NCBI RefSeq assembly: GCF_006345805.1
Contig: NC_043009.1
Location: 38,440,001 to 38,504,000, forward strand
DNA: 64,000 bases
Direction of reading: 5' to 3'
From: Octopus sinensis
Lineage: Eukaryota
Shown one piece after another: positions 39,576 to 52,160 of the stretch. How positions within the stretch are numbered: the stretch's first letter is position 1; the number at the start of each line of letters is the position of its first letter. Below the pieces are notes generated by a model. That model was not told the origin of the DNA, did not search any database, and saw only the letters and a program-made list of their open reading frames with translations. The position numbers and the translations under genes are program-made.

Positions 39576-40024
39576 GTTATTTAGTTATTATTGTTGTTGT
39601 TATTTAGTTGTTTTTGTTGTTGTTATTATTATTATTATTATTATTTCTTTGATAGTTATTGTCGTTGATATTGTGTAGTTGCTTTAAAATTCTTGAAATT
39701 TTATGGAAATAACGAATGGTGTGGTGGGGTGGGGTGGGGAAAGGAACAAAATAATTTTTTTTTAACCAGAAAGAAATTAAACTTCCATAATTTATTTTTT
39801 TTTTTAAGAAAGAAGGAAAATAAAAGAAAAGCATTATATCAAGATTTAGACATTTAGACAATATTCAGCTTAATAATTGTACAAACGTCGCAGTTGAGTT
39901 TATATGAAGCACTCAGTAACACACACACACACTGAAATATATATATACACACACACATATATATATATATGCATGTATACATATATACATACGTGTGTAT
40001 GTATTTATATATATATATATATAT

Positions 40025-40116
<92 letters not shown>

Positions 40117-40138
40117 GTATATATATATATATACATAC

Positions 40139-40188
<50 letters not shown>

Positions 40189-42904
40189 GTACACACATAT
40201 ATATGTGCATACATGCATATATATATGTATGTGTGTGTGTGTGTGTGTATACCTGTGTGTATATATAGATCACAGTATTTGTGCTTGTATATGTGGATGT
40301 CTTTATGCATGTATGTCTTTATATGTATGTATTTCTGCGTATGTTCGTGTGTATAGCACAGCCATTTTGATCACATATTGGCATGTAGTTATGTGTCCCA
40401 ATTAAGGAAATTGTGGCATAGGAAATCTGGTATTCTTAGGTCGGTTCCCTTTGACCAAGTCTGCTGTATAATTTTCCGACTAGAAATTACTAAATTAACC
40501 CAAAAGATCAAAAACTCTTCAGTCAGCTTTCACATCTATCTCAAACATTTAATAATATCGAAGTGTGTATCCATGCCACCACAGACCTATGTATGCGCAT
40601 ATATATGACTATCTGCGTGTTGGTATATTGGTCTCTACGTTGCATGGACGCATAGAGTGACGTGTGGAAATGCGTATCAATACAACCATAGAAATATGTG
40701 TATATATATTTGCATATTACACTGTATTTTGTATGTACGGATGTGATGTTGTGTGGCGTGTCTTGTATAGACACACACGAGTACATCGAAAATACACATA
40801 TACAGACGTATGAAAGTATTCAAATTGAGACCTCTCTTTTGACACTTCCATGAGACCACGATATATAATTATTTGACTAGTAATTCTGCCTTTGAAATGT
40901 TTTCTCTCGCTTCATTAAAATATTTCTTTACCAAATGGTAATACAGGCGTGAACACGAACGTAGACATATATACATATACAGCTCCACACGGAATGTCCA
41001 CACACAAACAGACAAGCACACGCATATATCTACATGCACATTATTTCTATGACCATACACAAATCCGCACTACGACGCATATATATGTATATAGACTAAC
41101 ATATAAGTACACATTTTATGGTCATGTCTTTCTTCTTCCTTCTCCCATCTCTCTCCTATCCATATTTTGATATGGTTTGGCTGTTACCCCGTGTGATCAT
41201 GTGCGGCTTCGTGTAATTATATTATAGGAGGGGCCGAATATTTAAAGGGAACTTTTAAAACAATCTGATCATATTGCTTGGTTCAGCACAGAAGTTCGTA
41301 TATAATATATATTTGAAATCCACTAAGAAAAATGTTTGTTGATAAATGAATTAAGCAACGTTACATTTCTGCCAGAACCGTTTAATGGATGGCTTATATT
41401 TCAATTTGATATTATAGACACATGTATTAAATGTGTATACATACATCGTGTAGCTTACACAGGATTTTAGTTCATGCTGTCTAAAACTTACATATTAGAG
41501 ATATATATAATTTATTATTTCCCCAAGGAATTTCACAATTACACTGACAAGGTAACTGCTAGGTAGAAGGATGAGTTTAAAACTAAGCGATATTTTTTTT
41601 CATCCTGGCTTTATGACAAAGTAGAAATTTTATGTTATGAATAATAGTTAAATATAGTTATCATTGAAAATAAAATATTTTACAAAAAATGTGTTCCAAG
41701 AAATGTATATAAATATTTTAATCCTGGAAATTTTTATTGTATGATATTTTTGTTTGTTTCTTTTATGGAATAGAAGACATATGTAGAATTTTTCACAATT
41801 CTATAATATTTTCAATGTTTACAAAGGTAATAAATTTCTAGCACTGCACCTTTCTGCATAAAAATCAAATAAGACATTACTTATAATGTATTTTTCTATT
41901 AAGAACATCGATGGTGGTGAGGTGGTGTTAAATCTCTGTATTTCGACGATGTGGATTTAGACGTTCGATCAAGTGAGTTACCTGCTCTTGAATTAACATG
42001 ACAGTCGCTCGTTTTCATAGACATGTTCTACCTTTAACTTAACCACTATGACACAGTGTAAGATAAATGGCTGTACATTTTAAATTATAGGTAGAATCCA
42101 TTCGATAAGCATCTATGCAGTTTCACTTGCATGGTATGGAATGATCTGAGGCTGCAGAATTTTTTTTGCTCTAGCGGTCACGCCGATGTGATCGAAGCTG
42201 GGTCCTCGTTTTGCGAAGACAGCTTCTGAACCATACAATTCCAAAGATTACGGTAGACTGAGTTCGATTACTGCTGCCTGGTAGCTGTAGATATCATTGG
42301 GGAGAAATTAAATAATAGTTTTGTCAAGACTTTGCCTACTGTACAACAGCAAATACAGATTTTTGTGTTTCGAACACATTCAGTAGATATTTTTGAGCAA
42401 ATTAAAGGAAGATAATGTTAAGTATTATAGCAATTTGCTTCTAACTGGCGTATGACGATAGTTTTAACCTAAACGATGATACCAACGGTCATTTACTGTA
42501 CTTGAGTCCCTGGAAAACTATACGTGAATCTTTACAAGTGCTGTATATATAAAAAAACCACCGTATCACCTTTCCCATCCTCATACATCTTGTTATAAGT
42601 TTATTTAAATTTATTTTGATTTGAAAACAAAAAAAACAGCAAAAATAAAGGAGGGAAATCTGTTGGTAAGATACAATAGTAGGACAAAGTAAAGTTAGAG
42701 ATGATGTCATCAATGCCTTAATAATCCTGTATACTGCAAATACAAGGACTGAAATTTGGGGGAAGCGGGTTAGATGAATACATCAACCCTAGTGCTTATT
42801 TTATCGACCCCGAAAACATGAAAGGCAAAACCTATCTTTGCGGAATTTGAATTCAGAACTTAAGGAGCCCGAAAAAATTGCTGCTAATTATTTCGCCTTG
42901 CGTT

Positions 42905-43270
42905 GGATCTCAAAGTTTCCCCACAAGGCAACCGAACGCAACAGGAGAAATTTCAGAATTATGGAAGTCCTCCTTATAAACAAGCTGAGACCAGCCATTA
43001 ACAGCAGAAAGGAACTACACGAAGCAGACTGATTGCTGTAGCAACAACAGTCTGTGTATGTCACCTTCCTCCTTCCTTCCCTTCCTCTCCCCGCTACACA
43101 TCTGAGCTACAACCTTTTCCAACTACTGTTTTTCCGAATTTCCTGAAGAAGCGGTTTTCAGCCCGAAATTTAGATATACAAAGTAAAACTGCTACTTTTT
43201 CTATTCACTTTTACTTTTGTAGTTTACTTTGTACCTGCTCGCATAGTTTTGGCTTTACAAAACTACATTC
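42905..43270 (+). mobile_element. Penelope-like element 3' end (GIY-YIG C-terminus, UTR, degenerate HHR)
   Basis: NFRIMEVLLINKLRPAINSRKE resembles the PLE motif R-i-EallI----P-lN. CUGAAGA-a-GCGG...GCCC-GAAA lies at 43143-43168. Confidence 0.7.
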
Positions 43271-43317
43271 TTTGAAGTTATACCTCTCAATGCTTCACCA
43301 AAACTACCTCAATTTAG

Positions 43318-43352
<35 letters not shown>

Positions 43353-43606
43353 ATAATGGCGGTGCCCCAGCATGGCCACAGCTCATAAGCTGAAACTAGA
43401 ATCAATCAATCATATATATACATACATACATACATATATTTTACTGGTCTTATTCGCACTAATCCAGTATCTGCACCAGCTGCTGCTGGTATTTTAGTAT
43501 GTTTTTCTAACAGTGTATGTTTATAAGAGATACTTTCTCAAGATGGATACCGCAGCTTAGAAGGCTTTCAACATATACACACTTTAAGTATATATATAGA
43601 TCGCTA

Positions 43607-43662
<56 letters not shown>

Positions 43663-43673
43663 CATACCCACAT

Positions 43674-43716
<43 letters not shown>

Positions 43717-43890
43717 TATATATATATATATATATGTTTGTGAGTATGTGCATGTGTGCGCTCGCGCGTGTATGTAGATATGTGTGTATGTATGTATGTA
43801 TGTATGTATGTATGTATGTATGTATGTATGTATGTTTGTATGTATGTATGTATGTGTATATATGAACATTGCGAAGAGAGAATACATAAT

Positions 43891-44415
43891 CTTTTCTACT
43901 ATAGGCACAAAGCCTGAAATTTTGGGGAAGGGGAGAAGCCGATTACATCGACCCCAGTATTTCGCTGGTACTTAATTTCTCGACCCCGAAAGGATAAAAG
44001 GCAAAGCTGATCTAAGCGGAATTTGAACCCAGAACGTAACGATAGGCGAAATACCTATTTCTTTATTATATCAACCCCAGTGCGTAACTGGTACTTATTT
44101 AATCGACTCCGAAAGGATGAAAGGCAAAGTCGACCTTGGTGGAATTTGAACTCAGAACGTAGCGGCAGACGAAATACTTATTTCTTTACTACCCACAAGG
44201 GGCTAAACAGAGAAAGGACAAACAAGGACAGACAAACGGATTAAGTCGATTATATCGACCCCAGTGCGTAACTGATACTTATTTAATCGACCCCGAAAGG
44301 ATGAAAGGCAAAGTCGACCTCGGCGGAATTTGAACTCAGAATGTAACTGCAGACGAAATACCACTGAGCATTTCGCCCGGCGTGCTAACGATTCTGCTAG
44401 CTCGCCCCCTTAGAT
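43891..44415 (-). mobile_element. Multimeric SINE family C with 12 bp TSD
   Basis: One head plus several body units; TSD agaatacataat at 43879-43890 and 44416-44427. Confidence 0.9.
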
Positions 44416-44959
44416 AGAATACATAATGAGAATATAGATTACCAGTTCTCCAAGTGATGGTAAATATTTGGCTGGCTACAGCAGCCGACTCCCACTTTGT
44501 CTCTCCTATTGCAATTTCATTACATTTTTGCTGATGGTTTAGCGACCATTTAATTTGATTTCAATCCTAATTTATAAAGGAAATGAAAAGACTGACAAGT
44601 TTAAAAGTAGAAAGAAAACGCATCAAATTAGACGGCCATGTTAATAGTGTTATTGAGTAGTTTAGTGAGAATGTCAGAAATAGGATTTCCATTGGATTGA
44701 TACACACATAAATTCAATATCTTGCAGATCAACCAACCGACTTGTGTAATTCTTCTTTATAACCTTGAGCAGACTAGAGAGAGAGAGAGGGGGGGAGAAA
44801 GAGAGAGAGAGAGAGAGAGAGATGGGAATGAGAAAGAAAGTGCAATTGCTATTATTAGTGAGAATATGTCGATCGTTTTCAGAAAATGTATATTCTGTAA
44901 TAGTACCAACGACACAATGCTGGTAGCAATGATACGGATTTTCATGTAGGATGCTAAGA

Positions 44960-45155
44960 TAGTTATGGTGGTGATGGTGGTATGGTGGTAATGATAATGT
45001 AGATGTTGTTCTTGATGATGAGAGGCGATGGTAGTGGTGATGGTAGTAGTGATGATGATGATGATGAAAATAGTAATGATGATGATGATGATGATGATGA
45101 AAATGGTGATGGTAGTGGTTTTGGCGATGATGATGTAGAAGATGACGGCGATGAC

Positions 45156-45192
<37 letters not shown>

Positions 45193-45195
45193 GTT
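44960..45195. repeat. (GAT/GGT)n array
   Basis: Direct reading; explains the poly-Asp ORF. Confidence 0.93.
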
Positions 45196-45539
45196 ATTTA
45201 TAAGTGCATAGAGTTGAAGTTATTTTTGTTTTCTAAATATAAACGATTTTCTTATCATTAACATAATAATAATAGGAATTTCATTGGTTTTAGAACGATG
45301 TAGAAAAAGAAACAAAAAACAGCAAACAAAATCAAACAAAACAATAAGAAACCACACCAATAAAAAAAAAGCAACAGCATGTAAGAGTGCAACATTTAAG
45401 CACAAACATACAGAATACATAATTAAACACGTGAATGCATGTAATATAAGTGCAAGGAAGCATGGTACGTGGGTGTGAAATTAAAATGCTGGATTGCGAA
45501 TTCAAATTTCAGTCAGGTGCCATGCGGAATATCTTACAT

Positions 45540-45970
45540 TAAGGCGGCGATATGGCAGAATCGTTAGCACGCCGGACAACATGCTTAGCGGCATCTCATT
45601 CGTCTATATGTTCTGAGTTCAAATTCCACCGAGGTCGACTTTGCTTTTCATCATTTCGTGGTCGATAAAATAAGTACCAGTTGATCAAGAGGAGTCGATG
45701 TAATCGACTTGGTCCTACACCAGAATTGCTGGCCTTGTGCCAAAATTTAAAATAGATGTAAGCATAAGATTAGGTGGTGAACTGGCCGAATGGTTGACAC
45801 GTTGGGCAAAACGCTTAGTGGTATTTCGCCCATTTTACGTTCTGCATTCAAATTCCACCGAGGTCGACGTAGTCTTTAATCCTTTTGAGGTCGATAAAAT
45901 AAATACCTGTCGGGTGCTGGGGTCGATGTAATTGTCTTAACTCCGCCCCTAAATCGTTGGCCTTGAGCCA
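45540..45970 (+). mobile_element. Two adjacent older SINE C copies
   Basis: aaggcggcgatatggcagaatcgttagcacgccgg... and actggccgaatggttgac..., each with gagttcaaattccaccgaggtcgac. Confidence 0.8.
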
Positions 45971-46655
45971 AAATCCAGTATAAGCGTTAGGCCTAAAATA
46001 TAATCGAACCCAGTACTTGGCTGGTTCTTTATTTTTTAGATGCCAGACAAAATAAAAGGCAAAACTGGCATCGGTGAGATTTCAACTCAGAACTTAAACG
46101 GACGCAACTAAACACTGCTAGCCATTTTGTCCTCCGCTTTACTGATACTGTCATCACCAAGTTTATATACTCTATCTGCAGATTACATTGAAATACACGG
46201 TAGATAATAGACTAGATAATTGGCAGTAATAGACTGGAGCTATCCGACACATTCCTGTACAGCTCCCGCCCATTGTTGTTTATGGATTCCTGCATTTTAA
46301 AAATCGATTTGAATAAAGTCTTTAAGAGAGTAACTGTGCTTCATATATATATATATATACACATACATAATTACATACATATACACATACCATACATACA
46401 TATGCACATACCATACATACATACATACATACATATCTATCTATCGATATATATATATATATATAACGGGAAGCTTTATGAAAATAGACAAAGACGAAGG
46501 CAGGTGGAAAACAAACGAACAATTGTATTAGTATATATATACACATACATACATACATACATATACACATACCATACATACATACATACATACATACATA
46601 CATACATACATACATACATACATACCTACATACATATCTATCTATCTATCTATCT

Positions 46656-46704
<49 letters not shown>

Positions 46705-46761
46705 CATACATACATACATATACACATACCATACATACATACATTATGTACCTATCTATCT

Positions 46762-46821
<60 letters not shown>

Positions 46822-47249
46822 TATATATTATATATATATTGGTTACATTCATGGACAAATTCTTCGATGTATTGTACAGTCAAAACAATTCTATATCTTG
46901 CATTTTCTTCATGGAATCAATAGGGTAGCTGAATTTGTATGAAAGCTTCGTGTCCGTCGACGCGGAATGTATCTGAGATGGTAATTACGAAAGTTTCAGG
47001 TTTTAAGGGAATACAAGCTGACCATGATCACCACCAGCTCTATTATGTATTCCTGTACATGCTTACATACTTGCATATGCAGACATTTAAATGTAGACAT
47101 ATGACAAAAAAAGCAGGTTTTCCAACACTCTCATATACATGCAGGCGACAGAAATATATTAAACCTCTACTCATCTGGAAATATCTGATGGCGGATATTA
47201 TTTTCTAACAAATTAGGTTATGGGATTTATGCATATCTATATTTTCATA

Positions 47250-47525
47250 ATAATAAATCTCAGAGCGAGTTATAAACAGTAGCTACATTACATCGTGACG
47301 TATATTTGCCATTTAAATATGGTTAACCCCTAAGGGTGGATGCTACTGTAGTTTATAGCCCCAGGAAGACACCTCCTCCAGCTGGCTATAGACACACTTT
47401 CTATACTGATAGAGCACAGAATGTGTGTCTATAGCCAGCTGGAGGAGGTGTCCTCCTGGGGCTACAAACTACACTAGCATCCACCCTTAAGGGTTAGCCA
47501 TATTTAAATGGCAAATATACGTCAC
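47250..47525. mobile_element. Foldback copy of the 6821-7177 unit (108 bp arms, 15 nt spacer)
   Basis: Arms 47295-47402 and 47418-47525 differ at 6 positions; homologous to 6821-6985. Confidence 0.85.
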
Positions 47526-47673
47526 TATATTTTTATAACTATACTTTTAATTCTACACCAGATTTAGATTTCTTTAAAATGCTATTACTTTAACGGTATT
47601 ACTTTATATTATATTCGTAATTAAACCGTCTTTTCATATACTTCGCTGAGCAGGAATAACTTTACTTTCTGAA

Positions 47674-47821
<148 letters not shown>

Positions 47822-48660
47822 TATACATATTGAATAATATATACAGCAAAAGGAGCTAGTAACCAATATCTTCTGAAGAAATTCGTAACCACAATCATTT
47901 ATGGTTTGAAAGTAATATTTTCGTGAGGCAATGGTACGTATCCCACTGGGGAAAAACTCAATCAAAAGCTAAAAATTATGTACTATACATTTCATTCTAA
48001 TTTCTTGTACGATATTAGAATTTATAATCCACATCAATATCCTGAAAAGATGAGTGCTGTGGAGATCACTTGACATATAACCAACATGACTTCCTATATA
48101 TAGTGTGTCATATGCAACGCAACTCATCTTTCTTGCACGATTTGCCACAATCGCTTGCCGAACACTGACTATTAGCTATTCATTGAAACTTGTAATGCAT
48201 TTAATAAGTTTATGCATACAGACAGCAACTGACATCGAGGAATGGGGAAAATGTCAAATAACTGGTTTGTCTTCAAAAACAAACTGATCCTACGATCATG
48301 AGTAAATGATACATGTTTCATTTTATTTTTATTCGGTTGCTCAGGATCAACTAAGCGGTTAATAGCAGTGGAATTACTCTCTACATGAAGACTATGGAGA
48401 GACCGTTGGATTGAGGTATTAAAAAACTTGAAGATTAGTTTCGATGCGTATTCACAATCATTCATGAAGAGTCGTCAAAACCAGTTGACATATAAAGCTG
48501 ATGGTGATTCCTGAATAACTTGTATCTCCTCGTCATTCGTATTGCTTCCTCTTGCACCTCAGACGCGAAACTAACCATTAAGTCTAGTCATTTCCTCCCC
48601 CCACCGAACGACAACCTTCCGAAAATCATTTACACGTATACATTGAAGATACCGAATTCA

Positions 48661-48730
48661 GAATGTTTGCTACTCTTCCTTACTGATGAGGTCAAATCAG
48701 GCCGCAACATTGTTGTCTGACTATTCACTA
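48661..48730 (+). ncRNA. Type I hammerhead motif with A13 to C core change
   Basis: UUA-CUGAUGA-GGUC-aaauca-GGCC-GCAA-CA-uugu-UG-UC-UGA. Confidence 0.55.
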
Positions 48731-49024
48731 ACGTCCTTCCGAGCAAACTCTGTATTTTTAACTAAGTCTTTTATAAAAAGTTTCTCTGAAACAGTATATT
48801 ATAATTAGCGTCGGTCTATTCTTGTATAGACATTATAAATGTTACACACATCATTATTTTAATTTTATGTTGTTTCAAGGGCGTGTATAGATACATAATA
48901 CATATATAGGTACATATATATATATATACATACTTACACCCACCCCCCCCCACCCCACCCCACACACTTAAGTGCACACATATGAACGTACATAGATATG
49001 TATGTATAAGATTATGTATATATA

Positions 49025-50294
49025 CGAGGGGCGTTCAATAAGTAATGCCCCTGACCCACTTCCCATAGCAGTAGAGCAACGACACTTGGCACAGTTATTA
49101 GACTTTTCCTACATAGAAACTACCCAGAGTTATGCATTTCTCCCATCGTTTGATACAGCTCTGGAGACCGTTTTTGTAGAAGACTCCAGCTTGGTCCTCC
49201 AACCACGACGTGACTTCAGAAATCAAGGCTGCATCATCTGGGAAACGCTTTCCTTTCAAAATCAACTTCATGGCTGGGAAGAGGTGAAAATCAGAGGGTG
49301 CAAGGGAAGGAGTTCATAGCTGCACGCCTGTGCTTCTGATCTGGCGACACGCGAGTTGTGAACCGGAGCGTTGTCCTGCAGGAGGAGGATGCCTTTGCTG
49401 ATCTTGCCCCGCCTCTTGATTTTGATAGCTTCTCTTAATTTCCTCAAAAGTGAAGCATAATAGGCTCCTGTAATTGTGGTACCCTTTGCCAGGAAATCTG
49501 TCATCACTACTCCGTCCTGGTCCCAAAAGACTGTGAGCATAACCTTGTCAGCGGAGGGCTGCACCCTTGCCTTCTTTGGGGGAGGTGAGTCACGGTGCAT
49601 TCACTGCATTGACTGGGCTTTGGTCTATGGATCATAGTGATGGACCCAGGTTTTATCCTGTGTGATCAGTCTTTTGAAAAATTTTGACTCATCTTCTTGG
49701 TACGTCTCCAAATTCATCCTCGAGCACTCAACGCGTTCTTGCTTCTGGAAAGGTGTGAGCAACCTGGAAATCCATCTGGCAGACACCTTTTGCATATGCA
49801 AATGGTCATGAATGATAGTTTCCACAGACCCGGTACTAATCTTGACCTTATGGGCTATTTGGCGAATAGTTATGCGTCGATCTTCCAAAATGGCAGCCTC
49901 AACTTGACGGACAGACGTCTCATCAACGGCAGAAGGGGGCGACCAGATCTGGGAGCTGTTTCCACAGAGTTCCGACTATGTTTGAATTCACAATGCCAGC
50001 GTTTTACAATGTCATATGATGGGGCATCATCACCATAAGTTACTTTCATTTCATCAAAAGTCTCCCGTGGTGTGCGTCCTTTCAAATAAAAAAACCAGAT
50101 CACTGCTCGACACTCAACAGGCTCCATTTCACACTTGACTCAGTTCGAACACCTGTAAATCAGAAACCACAATTCTGTAAGACCTGTAATTCGCCACGTA
50201 ATCTATAGAGGTATACATAAGTGCACATGCAAAATTTCAGCTAGATCAAACAACTGCAAGTGGGTGAGGGGCATTACTTATTGAACGCCCCTCG
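49025..50294 (-). mobile_element. Full-length mariner element (1270 bp), TA TSD
   Basis: 33 bp TIRs cgaggggcgttcaataagtaatgcccct(g/c)accc with one mismatch; TA on both sides. Confidence 0.96.
49098..50127 (-). pseudogene. Mariner transposase pseudogene (possibly irritans-like)
   Basis: MEPVECRAVI..., KVSARWISRLLT, TQDKTWVHHYDP, QDNAPVH, LAPSDFHLF. Frameshifts, stops and loss of HPPYSPD. Confidence 0.93.
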
Positions 50295-50392
50295 TACGTA
50301 TATATATGTGTGTGTGTACATACATTCTAATAATTATACACATACGCACATATATATATATATATATATATATTATAGATACATACGTACAT

Positions 50393-50442
<50 letters not shown>

Positions 50443-50443
<1 letters not shown>

Positions 50444-50527
50444 ATAATCTCTGAGCGAGGTATAAACAGTAGCTGCACACGACATTGTGAAGTATAAGTG
50501 CTACTTAAATGTGGCAAATATACTTCA

Positions 50528-50530
<3 letters not shown>
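50443..50530. mobile_element. Short foldback end of the 6821-7177 unit family
   Basis: aatctctgagcgaggtataaacagtagctgcac...gtgaagtata, followed by inverted ...tggcaaatatacttcacg. Confidence 0.7.
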
Positions 50531-50567
<37 letters not shown>

Positions 50568-51627
50568 TGTGTGTATGTGTATGTGTGAGTATGTGTGTGT
50601 GTCCAGTCACTGCTTGAGAGGCGGTGCTGGTTTATTTTAGCCCTCGAAGCATAGTGGTTCGGCAAAATGATATCGACAGAATAACTCCCATGCTTAAAAA
50701 AATAAATAAGTACTAATATCTATTTGTTTGAATAGCTCATTCAAGGTGACGCTCCAGTAGAGCCGCAGTCCAGTGAATGGAGCAAAAAAGAAAAAAGAAA
50801 AGGAAAGGAAGATAAAAGAAGAACTCGCATGAACGAAAAACGTGGGAAATTGTAGTATTTCACTTTTACATAAGAGATCTAGAAAGTATAGCAGATTTCA
50901 ATGGCCTTTAAGGACAAACACGCGCACACATACAAACAGAGGCATACACACACATATACCCTCATATCTTAGCAACCCATGCAAGCGTATGATATAATAT
51001 GTTTGCATATGGCTTTATAATAAATTTATATTTTAACCGGAAAATAAATACCGGGTCATACAAGATTGGTTTTGAAACTTAATTTTTACATGCGTTGCTA
51101 ATAACATCCTACTATTAATTAATGACGAACTATTATAAAATCATATTTTAAAAATATAAATTATATTTATAATTCCAGTTCTAATATGGGCAATTTAGAA
51201 TTTTCGTTTTTTGTTTCACCAACCTTTCTTTTTCATTTGAGAATTCTTTTCGCACGTGGTCCTTTTTTTTATTTAAAAAAGCGAAAAACAAGAATACAAA
51301 AAAAAGAAACGAACACAAAATATATACAAAGAAAAAACAAACAAAGGAAAACACAGATTGATTGAATGTGGTGGGTGAATAAATATATGGACGGCAAGGT
51401 TCTCAGGCGCTGGGATGGTTGTGTAGTTAGGAAGCTCGCTTTGCAAGAATAGGGTCTTGTGTTTAGTCCCATAGTGTAGCACCTCTCTGCTACGCGGAAG
51501 CCCGTCGTATCTCTCTTTCTTTCTTTCTCTCTCTCTCTCTCTCTCTCTCCCTCTCTCTCTCTTTCTATATATATATATATATATATATAACTGAGTAACA
51601 AAGAGGTAACAAAGAGTAACAAAGAGT

Positions 51628-51688
<61 letters not shown>

Positions 51689-51959
51689 GAATAACAAAGA
51701 GGTACAGGTGTTAGTCCATTACGGCCGTTTCCAACGACTTCTTTAAATGAGATGAATTCCTGATCTTCAAATATAAAAGACAGTTCGACTTATTCAACAT
51801 AGTCAACAAATCTACAGAGTAAAAATATTTACATTGATCCTGCTACAATTCAGTTGGCAGAATGAACTTATAAGAATAATGTATATTTGGTCAGAACAAA
51901 GAAGAATTTAGGGGTTCTTAAAGTTTATTGTAGGGGAGGGGATAATTGACACGTAAGAC

Positions 51960-52160
51960 GATGGGCTGGCAGACTCGTTAGCACGCTGGACAAAATGCCT
52001 TAGCGGTATTTTGCCCATCTCTGCGTTCGAATTCCGTCGAAGTCGACTTTACTTTTCATCCTTTCGGGGTCAATAAAATAAGTACTAGTTGAACAGTAGG
52101 ATCGATGAATTCGAGTCATATTCTCTCAAAATTGCTGTCCTTGTGACAAAATTTGAAACC
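51960..52160 (+). mobile_element. Older SINE C copy
   Basis: gctggcagactcgttagcacgctggac...gaagtcgacttttacttttcatcctttcggggtcaataaaataagtac. Confidence 0.78.

Noticed and set aside
42100-42330. GC-richer island that might be a transposase or exon relic
   Set aside because: No recognisable motif in any frame.
45003-45203. Asp/Gly-rich ORF resembling an acidic biomineralisation protein
   Set aside because: It is a (GAT/GGT)n array with no splice context or non-repetitive coding sequence.
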